In this document: positions 1-10,352 of the stretch, piece after piece
How positions within the stretch are numbered: the stretch's first letter is position 1
How the letters are laid out: every line of letters begins with the position of its first letter
Source: an uncultured bacterium
GTDB lineage: Bacteria; Bacillota_I; Bacilli_A; RFN20; CAG-826
Direction: 5' to 3'
Assembly (NCBI GenBank): GCA_949299395.1
Contig: CASGAB010000001.1
Span: forward strand, 77,194-141,193
Length of the DNA stretch: 64,000 bases
Made by a program: the position numbers and the translations under genes
Notes under the pieces: model-generated
The model's input: the letters and a program-made list of their open reading frames with translations, nothing else
Told to the model about the DNA's origin: nothing
Databases searched by the model: none

Positions 1-2091
1 GTTATTTTAGACGAAGAAAATCAAAGTGAAGAAGAAGTTTTCACAATTTCTGAAGAAGAAGGCTTTTCTGAAACTGAAAAAACTTTAGATAAAAGAATTT
101 CTAAAGACGTTATTTTAAATGTTGATGAAAAATCTTTAGAAAAAGGAAGTGAAAGCTATAGTGCTTCAAATTTAACTGTTTTAGATGGTCTTGAAGCAGT
201 TAGAATTCGTCCAGGTATGTATATTGGGTCAACTTCATCCACCGGTTTACATCACCTCGTTTGGGAAATTGTTGATAATGGTATTGATGAAGCTTTAGCA
301 GGTTTTTGTGATACTATCGAAGTTAGTATCAATAGAGATGGGACTTTAACCGTTGAAGATAACGGTAGAGGTATTCCTGTTGATGAAGTTTCAAAAACTG
401 GTTTAAGTGGTGTTGAAACAGTCTTTACTGTTTTGCATGCTGGTGGAAAATTTGGTGATAATGAAGGTTATAAAGTTTCTGGTGGATTACATGGTGTTGG
501 TGCATCAGTTGTTAATGCTTTATCTACCTTTTTAGAAGTTACTGTTTATAAAGATGGTGGAGAATATTTCATCCGTTTTGAAGATGGTGGACATATTGTT
601 AATCACCTTAAAATGGTTGGAAAAACCACAAAACATGGTACAAAAGTTACTTTCCAACCAGATCCATTAATCTTTAATGAGACAGTCGAATTTAATTTTG
701 AAACTATTAAAAATAGACTTAGACAAATGGCTTTCTTAAATAAGAAAGTTAGAATAAATTTAACCGATTATAGAACTGATCCAGCTAAAACCGAATCATT
801 CTATTATGAGGGTGGTATTAAAGAATACGTTCAATTCTTAAATAAAACATCAACTCCTTTAATTGATGAAATTTTCTATTGTGAAGGTATTCAAAAATTC
901 CAAGATATTAATGAAAAAGAAGAAACAATCGTTGTTGAAGTTGCTATGCAATATATTGATGGAGATAACACCAATAATATTTATTCATTCTGTAATAACG
1001 TTTCTACTGGAAATGGTGGTACTCACGTAGATGGTTTTGGTCTTGCGATGACTAGAGTTTTAAATAACTATGCACGTGATAACAATGTTTTAAAGAAAAA
1101 TGATAAAGAAAACTTCAATTCAGAAGATTGGAAGAAAGGTTTAACCGCAATTATTTCAATTAAACACCCAAATCCACAATATGAAGGTCAAACTAAAGGT
1201 AAATTAGGTAATCCTGAAGTTAAAAAGGTTGTTTCTAACGTTTTAGGTCAAGCTCTAGCTAGATTTTTAGAAGAAAATAAGAACAAAGCTTTATTAATCA
1301 TGAGAAAGATTTATGAAGCTTATGAAAGAAGATTAAAAATTGAATCTTATAAAAAGAACTTAGAAAAGAAAAATGGTTTAGATTTAGCAACTTTACCTGG
1401 AAAATTAGCTGATTGTTCATCAAATAATCCTGAAGAATGTGAATTATTCATTGTTGAGGGTAATTCTGCTGGAGGTAGTGCTAAACAAGGTAGAGATCCT
1501 CGAATTCAAGCTATCTTACCTTTAAGAGGTAAAATTTTAAACGTTCAAAAAGCTCAAGAACACAAAATTATGGATAATGCTGAAATTGGTAATATGATTA
1601 CTGCAATCGGCGGTGGTTATGGTGAAAAATTTGATGTTACAAAGATTAGATATCATAAAATCGTTATCATGACTGATGCTGATGTTGACGGTTCTCATAT
1701 TAGAATTTTACTTTTAACATTCTTTAACAGATTCATGAGACCTTTAATTGAAAAAGGTTATGTTTATATTGCTCAACCTCCTCTATATAAAGTCGAATAT
1801 AAAGGAAAAGCTTACTATGCATATAGTGATGAACAATTAAATGTTATAAGAACTCAACTTAATTTAAAGAGTGGTTATCCATTCCAAAGATATAAAGGTT
1901 TAGGTGAAATGGATGCTGATCAACTTGAAGAAACAACAATGAATCCAGCAGTTAGAAAAATGCTCCGTGTTACTGTTGAAGATGCAATTATCGCTGATCA
2001 AATCTTTAACGATTTAATGGGTGAAGATGTTGCTCCAAGAACCGAATTTATTAGAGATAATGCTCAATTTGTTAAAAATCTTGATATTTAA
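1..2091 (+). CDS. gyrB: DNA gyrase subunit B, 5'-truncated by the window edge, with an acidic N-terminal extension
   Basis: Frame is open from base 1 (...YSASNLTVLDGLEAVRIRPGMYIGST); motifs EIVDN, GGLHGVG, VEGNSAGG, PLRGK, MTDADVDG, RYKGLGEM; followed by gyrA. Confidence 0.97.
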   Translation, partial: VILDEENQSEEEVFTISEEEGFSETEKTLDKRISKDVILNVDEKSLEKGSESYSASNLTVLDGLEAVRIRPGMYIGSTSSTGLHHLVWEIVDNGIDEALAGFCDTIEVSINRDGTLTVEDNGRGIPVDEVSKTGLSGVETVFTVLHAGGKFGDNEGYKVSGGLHGVGASVVNALSTFLEVTVYKDGGEYFIRFEDGGHIVNHLKMVGKTTKHGTKVTFQPDPLIFNETVEFNFETIKNRLRQMAFLNKKVRINLTDYRTDPAKTESFYYEGGIKEYVQFLNKTSTPLIDEIFYCEGIQKFQDINEKEETIVVEVAMQYIDGDNTNNIYSFCNNVSTGNGGTHVDGFGLAMTRVLNNYARDNNVLKKNDKENFNSEDWKKGLTAIISIKHPNPQYEGQTKGKLGNPEVKKVVSNVLGQALARFLEENKNKALLIMRKIYEAYERRLKIESYKKNLEKKNGLDLATLPGKLADCSSNNPEECELFIVEGNSAGGSAKQGRDPRIQAILPLRGKILNVQKAQEHKIMDNAEIGNMITAIGGGYGEKFDVTKIRYHKIVIMTDADVDGSHIRILLLTFFNRFMRPLIEKGYVYIAQPPLYKVEYKGKAYYAYSDEQLNVIRTQLNLKSGYPFQRYKGLGEMDADQLEETTMNPAVRKMLRVTVEDAIIADQIFNDLMGEDVAPRTEFIRDNAQFVKNLDI

Positions 2092-2114
2092 TCGAGGAAA
2101 AGAGGTAAAAATTT

Positions 2115-4631
2115 ATGGCAGATGAAAATAAATTAGAAATTGAAAGTGGTATTGTTCCATCATTAAAAGATGCTGAAATTGTCGATGAAGTAAAGTCCTC
2201 ATTCCTTGATTATGCGATGAGTGTCATTATTTCTCGTGCTCTTCCTGATGTAAGAGATGGTTTAAAACCAGTTACTAGAAGAATCATTTACTGTATGGAT
2301 GAAAGTGGATTTACTCCAGATAAGCCATTTGTTAAATGTGCTAAGGTTGTTGGTGATGTTATGGGTAAATATCACCCACACGGCGACTCATCAATTTATA
2401 TGGCAATGGTTCGTTTAGCTCAAGATTTTTCGATGAGATATACACTTGTTGATGGTCATGGTAACTTCGGTACAATGGATGGAGATGATCCAGCTGCATA
2501 TAGATATACTGAAGCTAGACTTGATAAGTTGGCTTTAGAAATGGTTAGAGATATTAATCTTAATACAGTCGATTTTATCCCTAATTATGATGGCAATTTA
2601 GAAGAACCTACCGTTTTACCTTCACATTTTCCAAACCTTTTAGTTAATGGTAGTGATGGTATTGCTGTTGGTATGGCTACAAAAATGCCTCCACACAACT
2701 TAAAAGAAGTTATTAGTGGTTTACAAGCTTACGCAAAAAATCCTGATATTACTGTTGAAGAATTAATGACTTATATCAAAGGGCCTGATTTTCCAACAGG
2801 TGGTATTGTTTATGGACTTAATGGAATTAGGGAATATTTTGCAACAGGTAGAGGAAGTTTTATTTTAAGATCTAAAACTCAAATTATTGAAGAAAGTAAT
2901 GGTAAAAGCAAGATTATCGTTACTGAAATTCCATATCAAACCAATAAAGCAAGCATTGTCGCTAAAGTTGGCGAACTTTATAGAGAAAAGAAAATTGAAG
3001 GTATTACATCAATTAAAGACTTCTCAAAAGCAAATGTTCATATTGAAATTGAATGTAAAAAAGATGCTGTACCATCGGTTGTTTTAAATCAATTATTTAA
3101 AAATACTCAACTTGAAACTTCATATGGCGTTATTAATCTTGCAATTGTTAATGGCGTTCCAAAAGTTTTAAGTTTAAAAGAATTATTACAAAATTATTTA
3201 GATTTCCAAATCGAAGTTGTTAGAAGAAGAACAAATTTCTTACTTGAAAAAGACGAAAGAAGAAAACATATTATCGACGGTTTATTAGTTTGTAGAGATA
3301 ACATCGATGAAATTGTTCAAATGGTTAAAGAAAGTGAAAATAACCAAGACTTTGTTCAAAAAGCAATTGCTTCTAGATTCCAATTTAGTGAAGTTCAAGC
3401 TAATGCAATTATCACTTTACAACTTGGAAGATTAACTCATTTAGAAAACACAAGACTTTTAAATGAAAAAGCACAATTAGAAAAAAATATTGAAAATTAT
3501 CACTTTATTTTATCTTCACGTGAAAACATGCAAGACGTTGTTTTAAATGAATTAGAAGAAATTAAAACTAAATTTGGTGATGATAGAAAAACTGTTATTT
3601 CTAACGAATTAATTTCTATTGAGGACGAAGATTTAATTCCTGAAGAAGATATTGTTATTACATTAACTCAAAAAGGTTATATCAAAAGAATGCTTCCAAC
3701 TGAGTTTAGAGCTCAAAGAAGAGGCGGTAAAGGTATTAAAGGTATGACAACTTACGATGATGATGAAGTTGATAAACTCGTTTATAGTAAAACTCATACT
3801 GATATTCTCTTCTTCTCAAATTTTGGAAGAATTTATAGAAAAAGAGGCTATGAAATTGCAGAAGGCAGCCGTATTGCAAAAGGAAATCATATCGGAAACC
3901 TTTTAAATTTAGATAAAGATGAAAAGATTGTTTCAATTATTTCTGCAGATGATTATGAAAATAAATACTTATTCTTTGCAACAAGAAAAGGTTTAGTTAA
4001 ACGTGTTAAATTAGAAGAATTTATAAGAATTAATTCTAATGGTAAATATGCTATTAAATTTAATGATGAAGACAATTTACTTGATGTAAAAGTTACTGAC
4101 GGTAATACAAAAGTCCTCTTAGCTAGTGATGAAGGTCAACTTGCAATGTTTGATGAATCACAAGTTAGAGCAATGGGAAGAACTGCTAAAGGTGTTGGCG
4201 GTATGAAACTTGGAAAAGCAAAACTTGTTTCACTTGCTACATCTCAAGAAGGTCATTTAGTTTTCGTTATTAGTGAAAACGGTTTAGGTAAATTATCAGA
4301 AATTTATACTTATAGACAAACAAACCGTAATTCAAAAGGTGTTAAAACTATCAAAATTACTGCAAAAACAGGAAAATTATGTGCTATGAAAGTTGTTAAT
4401 GGTGATGAAGACTATCTAGCTATTACAAATAGCGGAATTATTATTCGTTCACCATTAGAAGGCGTTAGAATTTGTGGTAGAAATTCTCAAGGTGTTATCT
4501 TAATGAATATGAAAAATGAAAATGATCATATTTCATCAATTACTATTCTTCCTCATGAAGAGCCAGAAGAAGAAAATGTAGAAGAAAACGCTACTACTGA
4601 AACCGAAACAGTTAAGGAAGAAGCAAAATAA
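2115..4631 (+). CDS. gyrA: DNA gyrase subunit A
   Basis: [17 protein letters not shown], catalytic AAYRYTE and an intact GyrA-box QRRGGKG (distinguishes it from ParC). Confidence 0.97.
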   Translation: MADENKLEIESGIVPSLKDAEIVDEVKSSFLDYAMSVIISRALPDVRDGLKPVTRRIIYCMDESGFTPDKPFVKCAKVVGDVMGKYHPHGDSSIYMAMVRLAQDFSMRYTLVDGHGNFGTMDGDDPAAYRYTEARLDKLALEMVRDINLNTVDFIPNYDGNLEEPTVLPSHFPNLLVNGSDGIAVGMATKMPPHNLKEVISGLQAYAKNPDITVEELMTYIKGPDFPTGGIVYGLNGIREYFATGRGSFILRSKTQIIEESNGKSKIIVTEIPYQTNKASIVAKVGELYREKKIEGITSIKDFSKANVHIEIECKKDAVPSVVLNQLFKNTQLETSYGVINLAIVNGVPKVLSLKELLQNYLDFQIEVVRRRTNFLLEKDERRKHIIDGLLVCRDNIDEIVQMVKESENNQDFVQKAIASRFQFSEVQANAIITLQLGRLTHLENTRLLNEKAQLEKNIENYHFILSSRENMQDVVLNELEEIKTKFGDDRKTVISNELISIEDEDLIPEEDIVITLTQKGYIKRMLPTEFRAQRRGGKGIKGMTTYDDDEVDKLVYSKTHTDILFFSNFGRIYRKRGYEIAEGSRIAKGNHIGNLLNLDKDEKIVSIISADDYENKYLFFATRKGLVKRVKLEEFIRINSNGKYAIKFNDEDNLLDVKVTDGNTKVLLASDEGQLAMFDESQVRAMGRTAKGVGGMKLGKAKLVSLATSQEGHLVFVISENGLGKLSEIYTYRQTNRNSKGVKTIKITAKTGKLCAMKVVNGDEDYLAITNSGIIIRSPLEGVRICGRNSQGVILMNMKNENDHISSITILPHEEPEEENVEENATTETETVKEEAK

Positions 4632-4633
4632 TA

Positions 4634-5656
4634 ATGAACCCTTTAGTATTTTTTAAAGAAAATAAAAGATATGATAACTATGAAGTTTCTCGATTAAAAA
4701 GAGCTTTAACTAATGCTTTAGAAATTAGAAATGCATCATATGTTAATTCGATTTTAGATGAAACATACGATGTAATTCATTTTCTTAATGTTGAAGATGT
4801 TGCTTATTACTCAAATTCAATTAAAAAAAGCGTTAAAAAAATTATTTCTTTATTTTTCACTGAAGAAGATTATCGAGGAAGAATTTTAAGTGAAGTTAAA
4901 GATAGAGAAAATAAAACAACAACTTATTTAATAAAAAAACATGATGTTGAGATATTAAATAACTTAGATTTAATTATCGTTCCGTCATTAGAAGCAAAAA
5001 AATATTTAGAAAGTTTTAATATAAAAGCTAAAATCCAAGTTTTAAATTATCCTTTAAGATTAGTTAAATTTAATTTAGATCATACAGTTATAAAAGACGT
5101 AGTTTATCGTTATTTTCAACTCGATGATGAAAGTTATATTGCTACTGTTTCTTTATATTTTAAAGATGAAGAAGGTTTTAAAAGATTAAAAGAGTTGGCT
5201 TTATCTTTCCCAAAAATTAAATTTATCGTTTTAGTTCAAAATGATCCTTTAAGAAGTATTTTTGATAAATCAAAGAAGGTTTTTAAAGAAAAAATAAATA
5301 ACATTATTTTTGCTAATTCAGTCAATGATGATATTTATTGTTCATTATTTTATAACTCAAAAATTTATATCAATTTATCATCATCTTATGGTAATGTTGT
5401 TGAACTTTTTGATGCAATGGCTTCAAAAACTCAAATTTTTACCTTAAATCATGCATCTTTTAGTGATATCACAATTGATAAAGAAACATCCTATAACTAT
5501 AATAGTCTTGATTTATTAAAGGCTGGTATAAATGAATATTTATCAGGTTTAATTGATTCAACAACTTTAGCTGCTTATGAATTTGCAAAAGAAGCAAACA
5601 TTAATAAAGTTGGTGAAGGATTAATTGAAATTTATAAAGATGTTTTGGAGGAATAA
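4634..5656 (+). CDS. Divergent GT-B (GT4-like) glycosyltransferase
   Basis: 340 aa; DLIIVPS and the C-terminal INLSSSYGNVVELFDAMASKT resemble the GT4 E-x7-E region, but degenerate. Confidence 0.55.
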   Translation: MNPLVFFKENKRYDNYEVSRLKRALTNALEIRNASYVNSILDETYDVIHFLNVEDVAYYSNSIKKSVKKIISLFFTEEDYRGRILSEVKDRENKTTTYLIKKHDVEILNNLDLIIVPSLEAKKYLESFNIKAKIQVLNYPLRLVKFNLDHTVIKDVVYRYFQLDDESYIATVSLYFKDEEGFKRLKELALSFPKIKFIVLVQNDPLRSIFDKSKKVFKEKINNIIFANSVNDDIYCSLFYNSKIYINLSSSYGNVVELFDAMASKTQIFTLNHASFSDITIDKETSYNYNSLDLLKAGINEYLSGLIDSTTLAAYEFAKEANINKVGEGLIEIYKDVLEE

Positions 5657-5658
5657 AC

Positions 5659-6939
5659 ATGTTAGATATTAATTACATTATTGAAAATAAAGAAAAGGTT
5701 AAAGAATTATTAGCTAGAAAGAAATTTGAAGCTGATATTGATTCTTTATGCGACAAAGTTTTAGAAAAAAGAAAAATTCAAAGAGAAGTTGAATCAAATA
5801 AAGCTGAGCAAAATAAATTATCAAAGAGTGTTCCACAAGTTAAAAAAGAAGGTGGCGATGTAACTAAAATCTTTGAAGAAGTTAAACATTTAGCAGCTTT
5901 AAATAAAGAAAAAGAAGAAAAATTAGCTGTTTTAGAAGAAGAAATTAATTCTGTTTTAGTTGCTTTACCTAATCTTCCAGATGAAGATTTACTTAGTGGT
6001 GAAAAAGAAAACAATAAACCTATTTATTTTTATAAGGATAAACCAAATTTTGGATTCAAAATTAAAGATCACGTCGAACTTGCTGAATCCTTAGGTTTAA
6101 TTGATTATGAAAGAGGTGCAAAGGTAAGCGGAGCTGGAACTTGGTTCTATACAGGTTTAGGCGCTCAACTTGAATGGGCTTTATTAAATTTCTTTATTAG
6201 TGAACATCTTAAAGATGGTTTTACATTCATGCTTCCTCCACACATTTTAAATTACGATAGTGGATTTACAGCTGGCCAATTCCCTAAATTTGAACAAGAC
6301 ATCTTTAGATTAGATTTAGAAGATCAATTTAAATTTATGCTTCCAACTGCAGAAACTGCTTTAGTTAACTATTATCGTAATGAAATTTTAAATGAAAAAG
6401 ATCTTCCTAAAAAATTTTTCGCATATACTCCTTGCTATAGAAAAGAAGCAGGAACTAACAGATTAGAAGAAAGGGGAATGATCAGAGGTTATCAATTCAA
6501 TAAAGTCGAAATGGTCGAATATACTGCTGATAATGACTCTGATAGAGCATTTGAAGAATTAGTTAATAAAGCTAAAACATTAGTTGAAAAATTAGGTTTA
6601 CACTTTAGAGTTTCAAAACTTGCTGCTGGAGATTGTTCTCATTCAATGGCAAGAACTTATGATATTGAAATTTATTTCCCTTCATTAGATATTTATAAAG
6701 AAGTTTCATCAGTTTCTAATGCAAGAAGTTATCAAGCAAGAAGAGGTATGATGAGATATAAAGATAATGATGGAAAAATACATTATATGCACACTTTAAA
6801 TGGTAGTGGACTTGCAACTTCTAGAGTTTTCCCAGCATTACTCGAACAATACCAAAACGAAGATGGATCCGTTACTATTCCAGAAGTTTTACGTCCATTT
6901 ATGGGTGGATTAACTGTTTTAAAACCTATCAAAAAATAG
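5659..6939 (+). CDS. serS: Serine--tRNA ligase
   Basis: N-terminal coiled coil, PTAE, motif 2 CYRKEAG...QFNKVE, EVSSVSN, HTLNGSGLATSR. Confidence 0.97.
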   Translation: MLDINYIIENKEKVKELLARKKFEADIDSLCDKVLEKRKIQREVESNKAEQNKLSKSVPQVKKEGGDVTKIFEEVKHLAALNKEKEEKLAVLEEEINSVLVALPNLPDEDLLSGEKENNKPIYFYKDKPNFGFKIKDHVELAESLGLIDYERGAKVSGAGTWFYTGLGAQLEWALLNFFISEHLKDGFTFMLPPHILNYDSGFTAGQFPKFEQDIFRLDLEDQFKFMLPTAETALVNYYRNEILNEKDLPKKFFAYTPCYRKEAGTNRLEERGMIRGYQFNKVEMVEYTADNDSDRAFEELVNKAKTLVEKLGLHFRVSKLAAGDCSHSMARTYDIEIYFPSLDIYKEVSSVSNARSYQARRGMMRYKDNDGKIHYMHTLNGSGLATSRVFPALLEQYQNEDGSVTIPEVLRPFMGGLTVLKPIKK

Positions 6940-6945
6940 TATAAT
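6940..6945 (+). promoter_or_regulatory. -10 box for the SRP RNA
   Basis: TATAAT 6 nt upstream of the SRP RNA 5' stem. Confidence 0.55.
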
Positions 6946-6951
6946 CATTGA

Positions 6952-7030
6952 GCCGTTACAAATTAATCTTTCGAACCAGGTCAGGATGGGAACATAGCAG
7001 CCTTAAGAAAATCTTTAGTTGTGTAGCGGT
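6952..7030 (+). ncRNA. ffs: Small-type signal recognition particle RNA (4.5S)
   Basis: Helix-8 signature TCAGG-ATG-GGAA-CAT-AGCAGC; terminal stem GCCGTTACA/TGTAGCGGT followed by a T-run; adjacent to tadA as in Bacilli. Confidence 0.9.
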
Positions 7031-7063
7031 TTTTTTGTTACTATGAAATAATAATTATTGAAA

Positions 7064-7516
7064 ATGGATAAAAAAGAATACGAAAAATACATGGATTTGG
7101 CTTTAGAAGAAGCTAAAAAAGCATTTATTAATAATGATGTTCCTGTTGGAGCGATTTTACTCAACGAAAATAATGAAATAGTTACAAAAACACATAATAA
7201 AAAGGAGAAAAAAAACGATATTAGTGCTCATGCAGAAATTTTAGCTATTAAAGAAGCTGAAACAAAAAAAGGTGATTGGAGGCTAGAAAATTATACTTTA
7301 GTTGTAACTTTATCACCTTGTTTAATGTGTTTAGGAGCAATAATTGCTTCAAGGATTAAAAAAGTTGTTATTGGGTGTGAAGATGATAAAAGAAACGAGA
7401 AAGAATTATCAATAATTAATGATTTATATTTTGATAATAAGATTGAAGTTATAAGAAATATTAAAGAAAAAGAATGTAAAGAAATTTTAAAAGAATTTTT
7501 TAATAAAAAGAGATAA
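7064..7516 (+). CDS. tadA: tRNA adenosine deaminase / nucleoside deaminase
   Basis: DVPVGA, HAE and PCLMC zinc motifs, DWRL; ATG at 7064 preferred over TTG at 7058. Confidence 0.85.
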   Translation: MDKKEYEKYMDLALEEAKKAFINNDVPVGAILLNENNEIVTKTHNKKEKKNDISAHAEILAIKEAETKKGDWRLENYTLVVTLSPCLMCLGAIIASRIKKVVIGCEDDKRNEKELSIINDLYFDNKIEVIRNIKEKECKEILKEFFNKKR

Positions 7517-7643
7517 TTTTTCATTATAAAAATAACGAGAATTATCTCTTTTATATTAATTTTATTATACAGTGTAAAATCTCAAATTTTTAATTCTCTT
7601 ATTATTTGATTTTTATTATTTTTCATTTATGCAATAATAAAGC

Positions 7644-10352
7644 ATGCTTATTTTAAAAAATGTCTCGAAGACAGCTAGTGAAAATAAGGATGTTTTTTTA
7701 TTAAAAGATATTAATTTAGATTTCGAATCTAATGGTTTAAATATTATTTTAGGTCCTTCAGGAAGTGGAAAATCCACTCTTTTGAACATGATTGGTGGAA
7801 TCGATACTTTTTCTAGTGGAGATATTTTGTTTTTAGATCAATCAATTAAAGAATTTAATAATAAAGAGTGGGATAAATATCGTTTAAATGAGGTTGGTTT
7901 TGTTTTTCAATCTTATAATCTTATTTCTCATTTAAATGTTTATGATAATGTTGATATTGCATTAAAAAATACCAGATTAAGTAAGAAAGAACATAAAAAC
8001 GCAGTGAAAAATGTATTAAAGGCGGTTAGTTTAGAAGGTTTTGAAAATAAAAAAATCACTAAATTAAGTGGTGGTGAACAACAAAAAGTAGCAATTGCTA
8101 GAGCATTGATTAAAAATCCTTCAATTATTTTAGCTGATGAACCAACTGGTGCTTTAGATCAAGAAAATAGCGAAATAATCATGGGAATTTTAAAAGAAAT
8201 TTCAAAAGAAAAATTAGTAATTTTAATTACCCATAATGATAAACTTGCTTATAAATATGCAGATAGAATTATAGAGTTTTCTGATGGAAAAGTAGTTAAC
8301 GTTAATACCATTAATCAAAAAGAAGATGTTAAAAAAGAAAACATTCATATAAATTCGAGAAGTATCGGATTTAGTAATAGTATGAAAATATCTTTAAAGA
8401 ATGTTTTTTCTAAAAAAGTACGTAGTATTTTAACGACTTTAGGATCTTCTTTTGGAATTATTGGTTTAGCTTTAGTTTTAGCTTTATCAAATGGAGTTAA
8501 TAAATATGCAACAAAAGTTGAATTAGAAGCCTCAACTTTATTACCAATTACAATCAATTCAATGTCTTCAAAACCAATTGATAATGATAATAATTTAATT
8601 GAATTTCCTGATGAAGATTTAATTTATTCTAACGATGATAATGGAGTCTCTTCTTCATATAGAATTAATTTTATTAACGAAAAATATTTAAATTATCTCT
8701 CACATATAAAAGAAAAATACGATTATATCGATGATTTTTATATTAATATTCAAAACGCAAATACAATTAATTTTTTAACTGACTTTACAGATGGAAGCGT
8801 TAATTTTGTTGATAATAGCCTTACTTTTTCAACAAGTTCAACAAATTTTATTTCTCAAATTATTTATTCATCAAATTCAGCCATCCATCCATTATTTGGT
8901 GGGGAAAATTATTTGAAAGAAAGTTATGATTTAATTTATGGAGAATATCCTAACTTTTCTTCTTCTTTAGATGCTGTTTTAGTTTTAGATCAATATAACT
9001 CTTTACCAACTAAAATGTTGGAGATTTTAGGATTTCTAAATACAACTAGCGAAAACAAAACTATTAATTTTGAAGATGTTTTGAATAAAAAAATCAAAGT
9101 TGTTAATCATAATGAATTATATAGAATTGAGAAAAAAGGTGATGTTTATAGTCAAAATGGGTTTGCACGTGAAATATATACATCAAAGACTAGTGATTTA
9201 AATACCTTATTAAGAGATGAAAATTCAGGTAAAGAATTAAATATTGTTGGAGTTGTTAGACCAAAAGAAAACACAATCATTGGATCGTTAGGAACAGGTA
9301 TTTGTTATGTTCCAACTTTAAACTCTTTAATAGTAGAAGAAAATCAAAATTCAGATATTTTAAAACAATCAACTAAAAACTTTTCTTTAAAAAGGTATGT
9401 CGATGGAAAAGATTTTCAAGACGAAATTATTGCATTATCAAACACAATAAATGTTGATGAAATTTTAAACAATTTAGAAGAGTCGGCCTATTTAATTGAA
9501 AGATTAAATAGAATTTTTGATAAATACTTTGATTTTTACTCAATTTTTAATGGAAATATTTTATTAAACGGAATTAGTGATTATATTAAGGAATTATCTT
9601 TATTTGGTTCATATGTTGATCCATTTGAAGTTTTTGAAACAGGTATTCCTGAATCTATTCAAAAGGTATTTGATTATTATAATAATGGCGATTATGTCGA
9701 ATTTTATGATCAATTTATTTTATTAGCTTGTTGTTTAAACAATTATTCACAAATTAAATCAATTTATATTTATCCAAAAGATTTTGATTCAAAAAACGAG
9801 ATATTAAATCTTTTAGATAAATATAACGAGATTTCAAATGATAAAAACGATCCTTATCATGCAAATAATGATCAAGAAAGAGTCTATTATACTGATGTTG
9901 TTAGTGATGTTGGCGGACCAATTATGGAATTAACTAGCATTATCACTTTAATTTTGGTTATTTTTAGTTCAATTTCTCTGATCGTTTCTTGCTTTTTAAT
10001 GGGAATAATTACATATTCATCAGTTATAGAAAGAACGAAAGAAATAGGAATTTTAAGAAGTTTAGGTATGAAAAAAGGCGATGTTGGTGGCCTCTTTATC
10101 TATGAAAGTATGTTCATTTCTTTAATTGCTGCTATATTAGGATTATTAATATCAATTGGATTATCTTATCCACTCAATTATTTTATAAATAATTTCTATT
10201 CTCAATATGCCCTAGGTCAATTGGTTGTATTTAGTTCATGGCATTTTATTGTTTTAATATTAATTTCTTTATTTATAGGATTAGTTGCAGGATTTGTTCC
10301 TTCACTAATTGCATCAAGAAAGAAGATTGTTGAGTGTTTAAGGAGTGAATAA
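7644..10352 (+). CDS. MacB/FtsX-type fused ABC transporter ATPase-permease
   Basis: GPSGSGKS, LSGGEQQ, LADEPT; large extracellular domain; C-terminal ERTKEIGILRSLG FtsX motif. Confidence 0.9.
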   Translation: MLILKNVSKTASENKDVFLLKDINLDFESNGLNIILGPSGSGKSTLLNMIGGIDTFSSGDILFLDQSIKEFNNKEWDKYRLNEVGFVFQSYNLISHLNVYDNVDIALKNTRLSKKEHKNAVKNVLKAVSLEGFENKKITKLSGGEQQKVAIARALIKNPSIILADEPTGALDQENSEIIMGILKEISKEKLVILITHNDKLAYKYADRIIEFSDGKVVNVNTINQKEDVKKENIHINSRSIGFSNSMKISLKNVFSKKVRSILTTLGSSFGIIGLALVLALSNGVNKYATKVELEASTLLPITINSMSSKPIDNDNNLIEFPDEDLIYSNDDNGVSSSYRINFINEKYLNYLSHIKEKYDYIDDFYINIQNANTINFLTDFTDGSVNFVDNSLTFSTSSTNFISQIIYSSNSAIHPLFGGENYLKESYDLIYGEYPNFSSSLDAVLVLDQYNSLPTKMLEILGFLNTTSENKTINFEDVLNKKIKVVNHNELYRIEKKGDVYSQNGFAREIYTSKTSDLNTLLRDENSGKELNIVGVVRPKENTIIGSLGTGICYVPTLNSLIVEENQNSDILKQSTKNFSLKRYVDGKDFQDEIIALSNTINVDEILNNLEESAYLIERLNRIFDKYFDFYSIFNGNILLNGISDYIKELSLFGSYVDPFEVFETGIPESIQKVFDYYNNGDYVEFYDQFILLACCLNNYSQIKSIYIYPKDFDSKNEILNLLDKYNEISNDKNDPYHANNDQERVYYTDVVSDVGGPIMELTSIITLILVIFSSISLIVSCFLMGIITYSSVIERTKEIGILRSLGMKKGDVGGLFIYESMFISLIAAILGLLISIGLSYPLNYFINNFYSQYALGQLVVFSSWHFIVLILISLFIGLVAGFVPSLIASRKKIVECLRSE

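Noticed and set aside
2820-7290. AGG-to-Met reassignment, as reported for some uncultured Bacilli
   Set aside because: In-frame AGG codons fall at conserved Arg positions (GyrA GIRE, SerS ERGMIR, TadA DWRL).
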